This document shows positions 56,712 through 64,000 of a stretch of DNA of 64,000 nt, in pieces. Under the pieces are notes generated by a model that searched no databases, was not told the DNA's origin, and saw only the letters and a list, made by a program, of their open reading frames with translations. The translations under genes and the position numbers were made by a program. The stretch lies in assembly GCF_009914755.1 (NCBI RefSeq), contig NC_060926.1; one strand, given 5' to 3'. The stretch is from the human T2T-CHM13v2.0 reference genome, Homo sapiens. Each line of letters begins with the position of its first letter. Position 1 is the stretch's first letter.

Positions 56712-56759
56712 GAGCAAGGGAATTATGTCACCAGAGGCATTTCCTTCAGAAAAGTAAGT
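56712..56759 (+). repeat. 48-bp direct duplicate of 53634-53681
   Basis: gagcaagggaattatgtca(a/c)cagaggcatttccttcagaaaagtaagt, 47/48 identical. Confidence 0.95.
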
Positions 56760-58453
56760 TCAATAAGCATTACCATATATTTTAACCAAGACAGTTGAGG
56801 TTCTTTTCCACTTTTTGCAATCTCCTCTGCAGTAAGTTTAATACACGAAGAAAGACAATACCCAAATTCTAGAGAACATTTAATTATGGTGACATGAGTG
56901 AACATTCTTCTTCCTGATAGGCATATTTTATCGTGTCAAGAAAGTAACTATCATCCCTATTTTACTAAAAGTTGCCAACGGAAGTCATTCCTCTTACACA
57001 AACTGGCACTTTTGCTGTCCCTAAAACAGCTGATAACCACCCCTCATTATGCCAAGTCTGTGCGCATTCTGGTTGCTGAATCAGTATCTTATCTCCCCCA
57101 GTTCCAGAGCTAGAAAGCCTCTGGATTTGCTTAGAGATTACCTATTCTTATTCTTTGTTCGATATATGAACAAGGAAATTATGAGAGCAGCCAAGACCAC
57201 ATAGTACACTTATGTCTGAATGCTAAAGCCTGCCTCCATCTGTCAAATGCTATTTTTCTGATGCCACTTCCATATATTGCATCAGCAACAATAAAAAATA
57301 CAGCAACTCAAAGCTTCCTTTCAGTTCCTTATTCCCTTTTTTTGTACCAAAAACCTTACCCCTCACCTTTGCTCCATTATAAAAAACTATGAAGATTATA
57401 CAACTGAAAACCATCCAGCTCTGTGTAGATGGATTTCTCAGGAAGGAAAAATAGTATCTGGCTCCAACTTTGCTTGTTTAAAGATCTAGTGATTTTCATT
57501 TGAATCCCAACTCTGCCACTAACTAATTGTTTCACATGTCAAGCCACTATTTCTGGGTCTCAGTTTTTTCACTAGCAAAATAAGAAATATCAACAATATT
57601 TCTATCGACCATTCCAATCCTGAAATTCTATTACTCAACAATCTTAGATTCTCTGGGTGGGTAAAAAGAAGAGAAGGCAGCAGGTGCAATCTCACACACA
57701 CTCAGCAAAGTTCTTAGAGCCTACATCATGATGACTGGAAATCCTTGCCCCACGAATGAGGTGGGACACCCCACCTCATTACTATCAGGTTTGCCCACTA
57801 CCTGACACTCACACTGAAGTGTGGATGACTGGCAGCTGATTATTTTCTGAAAGCCAAGTATGGGATGGAGTAGCTGATGAGAAGAAATGTGCACCACGTA
57901 CCAGAAGGATGGGGGAGAGCAGAATAAGTTCCAAGAAGAGGAAGTGAGATATTCTAAAGGTGAGCTTTGCTATGGGGTGGCCTTGGCAGGTTAGAGGGCA
58001 AAGGCAAGCCTAAGTTTAACCTTTCAAAGCTGAAAATGAAACACCAGGGAGTCTGCTCTCCCTCCCTGTGCCAGAACAGCCTCCCCTTTAGAGTGCAATG
58101 CTGCCTGAGATCCATCAGTCTCTGAGGTCAGAGGTTAATGTCCCACCCTGACTCAGGTCACCTCTCAACCCTTTCCTCTGAAACTCCAGCTCTACATTTT
58201 TAAGATCCATATAATAAAACGTGACCCTGAGGTCCACCCCATTAAAGGATAAAAACGGTAATCCAGATACATACAACGTTTCAGATACATGGAAGCTCCA
58301 TTTGCCTCTGTTCTGAGACAGAATGCTGACAGATTTATGATAATTTGGATATTGTCTTTCTTCGTGTATTAAACTTACTGCAGAGGAGATTGCAAAAAGT
58401 GGAAAAGAACCTCAACTGTCTTGGTTAAAATATATAGTAATGCCTATTGAACT
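56757..58453. repeat. 112-bp inverted repeat (56757-56868 / 58342-58453), 1473-bp spacer
   Basis: Manual reverse-complement alignment, 109/112 identical. Confidence 0.95.
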
Positions 58454-58848
58454 CAAAATAAGGAGAGACTTTTATTTCCTCCTATAACACATTCTTAGAC
58501 AGACTAAAGAAATAGGTTATGGCCCTATTTAAAACTTGGCCAGTTAACCCATTTTGAATATCATCCTTGGCATAGTAGGTTATAGGTTACTTGAAGGAAA
58601 AGAGGTGAGTTGTTATTGATTATTGAATCCATCAAAATGTGCAGCAGTTTTGGGTATGCGGTGCATTGCCAATATTTATTATGGTTGATGAATGAACTTG
58701 AAAGTGGCCATTGGGGAGTGTGTGTTCTGGAATGAACATAGCACTGGATTAGAGGAGTAAGAATGGCTGGATTTTCCTCATTATCATGACACTGGCCTAT
58801 TTCAGTGAACTCTCTGTGCCTTGGTTTCTTGTTGGTGTGACTAGGAAG

Positions 58849-59379
58849 TGTGGTAGATTGCTTGCAAAGATGACCAAAACAATTCCTTTTATCCTGCATG
58901 CCTTTTTGCAGTGTGATTTTGCCAATTTACTATTAAGAGGTGGAGTCTACTTCCCAACCCCTTGAATCTGGGAGGGGCTTGTAATTTGCTTTGTCCAATA
59001 GAATGTATCGAAGGTGACCTCTGTGACTTCTGAGACCAGAGGTGAGGAGGCCTTGCAGCTTTCCCCCTCGTAGAACACTGCCCTGAATGTGCCACATAAG
59101 GAAGCTTCCCTCATCTTCTAGAGGATGAGAGACCATACGGAGAAGAACAAGGACCTCCCAATGACAGCCAGCACCAACTTCCAGACATGTAAGTGAGGCC
59201 ACATCGGACCTTGGAGACAACCTTGCACTCTAGCAGACATCAGTGATCTGAGTCACCCCAGGGAAAGCAGAAGAGAGATAGCTCAGCCAGCCCACAGAAT
59301 TCTGAGAAAGTATACATTATTTTGCTTGAAACAACTATGTTTTTATGTGTTTGATAAATGGCAAAGGCTAACTGAGCCA
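58849..59379 (+). mobile_element. MLT1F/G-type MaLR LTR inserted in a MIR
   Basis: tgtggtagattg...gaggtggagtctacttccc...cttgaatctggg...taactgagcca; 5-bp TSD ggaag at 58844-48 and 59380-84. Confidence 0.88.
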
Positions 59380-60999
59380 GGAAGTGCGACCAGATAACTT
59401 CTCAGGTACCTTCAGCTTTATGATTCCAAAATCTTTGTAGAGAACGAATCATAGTGGTAACAGAACAATGTCCCTGGAAGCATCTACATTCTAAATCACT
59501 GATTTTGCAGAGGAAAAAAAACTGATTCACAGAGGAGAGATCTTCCCAAGTTTGTCTCATAAAATGCTTGCTTGTGTAACATAGATTCTGATGGTAAGGA
59601 AAGCAAAGCTGAAGCAAAGCCTAGCCCACTGCCCATACCTTCATGAAGGATCCACACACATTTAAGGCTGTGCTTCTGCACTGTGTCACAGAGTGAAGAG
59701 CCCTCCTTTCTGAAGAGCAGCAAGTCCGTCATGGAGAAGGCCCCAGGAAACAGCCCACACCACTAGACCATCATTCCCTTCAGAAGACCCTGCATCATTT
59801 TATTCTTGTCTTGGGACCAAATTTCAAATGTGATTAAAGAGTTCAGCTTAAATTTGGAGAGCCTCGGGCTTTCTAACACGCATTCCTAATATTCATTTTT
59901 ATTTCTAACAACGAGTTTATCCTCTCTCCACCATACATCTTTTCTACCTGTCTCAGAAATGATCACTATAGCCTGTGTGTGGGCTTTCTGCTGCTTTTAT
60001 CTGCATCTCTGAAACTGCTCATGAAAATTCTTCTCCCTGAAGTGTGAGCCATTACTAACATGCGGCACAGTCTGGCATTGATTTAGGGCCAACCTGGGAA
60101 TTTCAGGGTTGGGCTTGGATCTATCTGAAAGGAGTTAAATGTCTGGGGCAGGGGTGGAGTGCTGTTCCAACAAAATGGCAAAAGTAAACTTCAAGATGAG
60201 TGTCAGTAGAGAGAATTAGAAAAGACAATTAAATAAATACCTGGATGGAAATTCTGAGTCTGGTGCCATCAGCAGAGCACACAACACCCATTTTACACAC
60301 ATTCTAAAGACAATTTCAATAAGCCATCTGAGAAGATGAATCAAATCAATTCCAAATCTTAAGAACAGATTGGTTGCGATGTGGCTTCTTGCAAATGGAC
60401 CACTAAATCGACTTTTAAAAATCCAACAGTTTCTCCTGTCATCACCAAGTGAAGAAGTGGAGAAAAAAAAATCAGTTAGCCAAAGGAATGACATTCAGAT
60501 GTTGAAAGGGTGAAACCTGAGGAACACCACCAAACCTTTGCTAAAAAACAACAAGAAGCTAGTGTTGAAAATGAAGACACAAAGGAAAGCGTCTCCAAGA
60601 CTCAACACATGGTCTGTGCCCACACTTGCTGACTGGCATCGATGATTTGCCTAAGAAAACATAGTAGCTGTATTCCCTCTAACCCTTTCTCACCTATGGT
60701 TCTAACTCCAAGAGACAAGGGTGAAGTTGGAGGGGAAATGATGGCCTGGACCTTCCTGGCATGTCTGGAACCCGCAATCATCTAAACCTCTAGTTTTTTC
60801 TAACCCATCTCTTAACATACTGTTGACACTCCCAGCACTGGAGACAGATTTACTGGTCCAGGGGATCCTGCACACACCAAAGTTGATACAACTGGTGAGA
60901 GTAAATATCAGCATCCTCAATGGCTCCAAGCATATAGCTTTCATAGCTAAGAGGATTTAGTCCCAGGATAGATTATGTGACAATAACAAAGGTCAGAAT

Positions 61000-61380
61000 T
61001 ATGGGGAAGACACCAGAATAAGAATGAGACTTGGAGATCAGCCCAGCTCCACTAATAACTGCCTGGGGAACCATGAGCATTATTTAACTACTCTGGCCTC
61101 AGTTTCCTGTCCCTGAAACAAGATGGTTAAACTAGATAAACTCTCCAAAGTCCCTTACAGATCTACTGAAAGTGGAAAACCCTCTTTTGCTCTGCAACCT
61201 CCTTTGCTGCAAACCTCCTTTGCTCTGCTATGTATCAGCTGTGGGATCTTAACCAGGTTGATTAACTCCAAGCCCTCAATTCCCCATCAGCAAAATCATG
61301 GAGTTGTGAGAACAGAAAGCATTAAAATATGCTAAGGGTTTAGAACGTATCTGTAATGTATAAAATAAGTATATGTTAGC
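61000..61380 (+). mobile_element. Two MIR fragments
   Basis: atttaactactctggcctcagtttcctg; gctgtgggatctt...ttaactccaagccctcaattccccatc. Confidence 0.6.
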
Positions 61381-62329
61381 AAAAATGAGTAAGTTAAAAC
61401 TATTGTTCAAGTAACTCAGAAGAAAAGAAATAATAAACTAATCCTCTGATGTCATGGATGCATTTGAGGTTGTAATAGGAACCTACCTTACTTTCCCAAT
61501 TTCCGCATAATATGCCTCTTCTTCTTTCTTCAAAGAGCTTTGTCACATTTATAGGATATTGTTATTATACATTAGCTTTTCCCTATTAATCTCTATCAAA
61601 GAATTATCATAAAAAATTAGTGCAAATATTTTAACTTAATTTATTAAGAAAAAATGTGTTGTCTGTTTTTTTATCAATAGTGTCTATTAACCTTTAAATA
61701 AGTTTTACATGAAATTTAAAGTCATGGCCATGAAAGATGTATGAAAACACATGGACACCTACTTCTTAATGTTTATTTTCTTACAACGAGAAAGAGTGAA
61801 AGTGAGAAGTCATTTAGAAATTAACATCTCTTAACAGTGAAGAAACATTTGCCAGAAGCTGAGTAATTTCTTCAATTTCTTTTTATCCTGCTAACTTCAA
61901 ATAAAACTAAAATTCTCTAATGTTAAATAGTCCTTGGGTAGTAGTATTAGGGTGAGGGTTTTTTATTTCTTTTTTTATACTATTTTGTAGTCTCCAAATA
62001 TTCTAACATAAACTTCGATTACTTTTATAATAATAAAAAAGGAATGTTATTTTTAAAGTATACATTGGTCCAGCATTCAGCCAGACCTATGTACCATTTG
62101 CTTCATCCATCACACTGAAGACATCTCTTCAGGGGCCAGGAAAACTGCCAATATAGAAGGTAAGTTCCCTTCCCTGGGGACCTCACAGCTTACAAAAGAG
62201 AGAAGATACACAGATAAAATGAACTGAGATACATTTAATACCAGACAGAATTTTCAGAATAAATAAACTTAGAACAAGGGAAGGACCAAGGATTTGGGGG
62301 CTTCTTTGTCATTGCATCACCTCTAGCTT

Positions 62330-62770
62330 ACATTCATTAATTTTACAACATGATCTGAGAGTCAACCACCTGCCAGGCACTGGTGTAGACTGTAGGAGTG
62401 CAATGGTGAATAAGATGCCCTTCCTTCCCTCAGCAAAGTCACAGGATAGTAGCAGACGCAGACACATAAAAAGATAATTAAAAGTTACTTAGGTTTTGTA
62501 GTGCTCTTTCATAACAATATTCATTCATTCAACAAAAATGTATCGAGCAGTTTTTCTGTATTCAGACACACAGAGAGGAATAAATAAGAATTGAACCGTG
62601 TCCCCAATGAAGATTCTGTGAGAATTGCTATACAGTCTCCAGTGAGATTGGCAGAGTGGATATCATCAACCACATTCTACAGAAAACTGGAATTTGAGCT
62701 AATGTGCCCAAAGTCACACAACTACTAGGGGCAAATTAGGACTAGAACCCAGGCCTCCTGATGCCTTTTC
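62330..62770 (-). mobile_element. L2 tails and MIR relics
   Basis: cctgccaggcactgg...gtgaataaga; ttcattcattcaacaaa; cccaaagtcacacaact...actagaacccagg. Confidence 0.55.
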
Positions 62771-63579
62771 CTTTTTGGCCTTTCACTCTGCATTTTCGGT
62801 TTTCACAGGAATGGAAATCTACTCTTATCATCATAGCAGATGTGAATCTTCTTTTATGAATGAATGAGAATAAAAAAATCAAGCACGCTAAGGAAACCAA
62901 AAAAGGTTTATGTGCAGCTGTTCACTATTTCATTCATCCTCCCAGCCATTCCCCTCACAGACATTTCCTGATGCCACCTGGCTGAACTGCAATGTGCCCC
63001 GCCCATCCAGAGACGTTTGTGTTCCCACATCAGCAGCGTTTCCTGCCTTCAAAGATCATCAGCCACCAAAGTCTGAAAAACTAACATGATTTGTTTACAT
63101 GAAGGAAAGATGCTCAAAGGTCTGAGTCGAGACCCGCAGAATTAAGCTCACTACATTTTCAAGCTTGAACTGTGGTTTCCGTGCTGAAAGTTTCAAACTG
63201 TCCTGGCTGGGAGAGCAAATCTACACTACCGCCCACCTCAGGGAAGCCACCCTGTGGAGGTGGCTTTGGATTCGGGGTATGAGGCCTGCTGCTTCCTTCT
63301 AGAGGTGGGTTACAAGAGAAGGCTGGGATGGAAGTCCTGTGGCACTCTCTCCCATCTGTTCTGCAGCTGCCCTCACTAAGGTGGAAGGTGCTAGAAGTCC
63401 TTGCCCAAGTCACTCTGAGAGACAGGCTGTTTCCAGGAAGCACAAGTGCTTGCATTCTGGGCATGCAGGCAGGTTTACCTGTGCTGGACATCAAATTTAT
63501 TTCTGCTGTTTGCTTCCCATGTTTCAGATCTTCCAAGTCCATTTTTAAGTTGCAGGTAGTTGTGTGAGAAAAGTGTCAG

Positions 63580-63910
63580 GCTGAGCCCCAAAGCCAGAGT
63601 TTACAACCACTAACTCAGGTCCTCTGGGCCAAGTCCACCCTGTCTCCGAGCCACTTCCTCATGTGTACATGACCAAAAATTTTAGAAAACTAACTTTTGT
63701 GAGTGCTAAGGAATGGGCCATGCACCCTACTTAGCACATCATGAGATCACCTCAACCCTCACATCCCATCAGGGGGATACTATTATTATCCTCATTTTCG
63801 AGTTCAGAAAACTGAAGGACAGAGAGAAACATGCCAAGGATTAAACAGGTAGTTAGATAAGAAAATAGGGTCACCACCCAGGACCCCTGGACTCCAGAAC
63901 CTGAGCTTGC
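63580..63910. mobile_element. MIR fragments
   Basis: tattattatcctcatttt...gaaaactgaaggacagagag. Confidence 0.55.
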
Positions 63911-64000
63911 CTCTAAGCTGTCAGAGTGAAACTGTAATGTGATTGCAGCCGTCCTTGTCTTGTTCCTGATTTTATTAAGAATACTTCCTCTCTTTCTCTG

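Noticed and set aside
62133-62165. Consensus splice donor AAG|GTAAGT (also at about 6560 and 35390) and a pyrimidine-rich acceptor at about 8250-8268
   Set aside because: Isolated sites occur by chance at this frequency; no consistent exon chain or reading frame could be built.

Overview
Primate (human-like) non-coding genomic DNA, AT-rich and dominated by interspersed repeats (by eye, more than half of the window). I found no supportable protein-coding exon, RNA gene or CpG island. The listed ORFs are chance ORFs or decayed L1, Alu, LTR or transposase frames. Main elements: a near full-length minus-strand L1PB with intact TSDs, an internal 5'UTR/ORF1 deletion and an AluS insertion (14.0-19.5 kb); a 5'-truncated old L1PA (23.7-25.3 kb); an L1MB/L1PB chimera (36.4-41.2 kb); several MaLR LTRs (MST, THE1, MLT1); a MER52-type ERV1 LTR carrying a young AluY(c1); a hAT-Charlie transposase fossil closely resembling FAM200A/B (2.8-4.25 kb); a MER97-type hAT element inside HAL1; and many L2, MIR and L3 relics. 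The most unusual non-TE feature is a 157-bp composite at 56712-56868. It joins a 48-bp direct copy of sequence 3 kb upstream to a 112-bp inverted copy of sequence 1.5 kb downstream through a 3-bp microhomology, a template-switch signature that creates a 97%-identical inverted repeat. I see no evidence for a wholly new gene system. Repeat subfamily names come from recalled consensus sequences and need RepeatMasker/Dfam confirmation. Boundaries of old elements are approximate.
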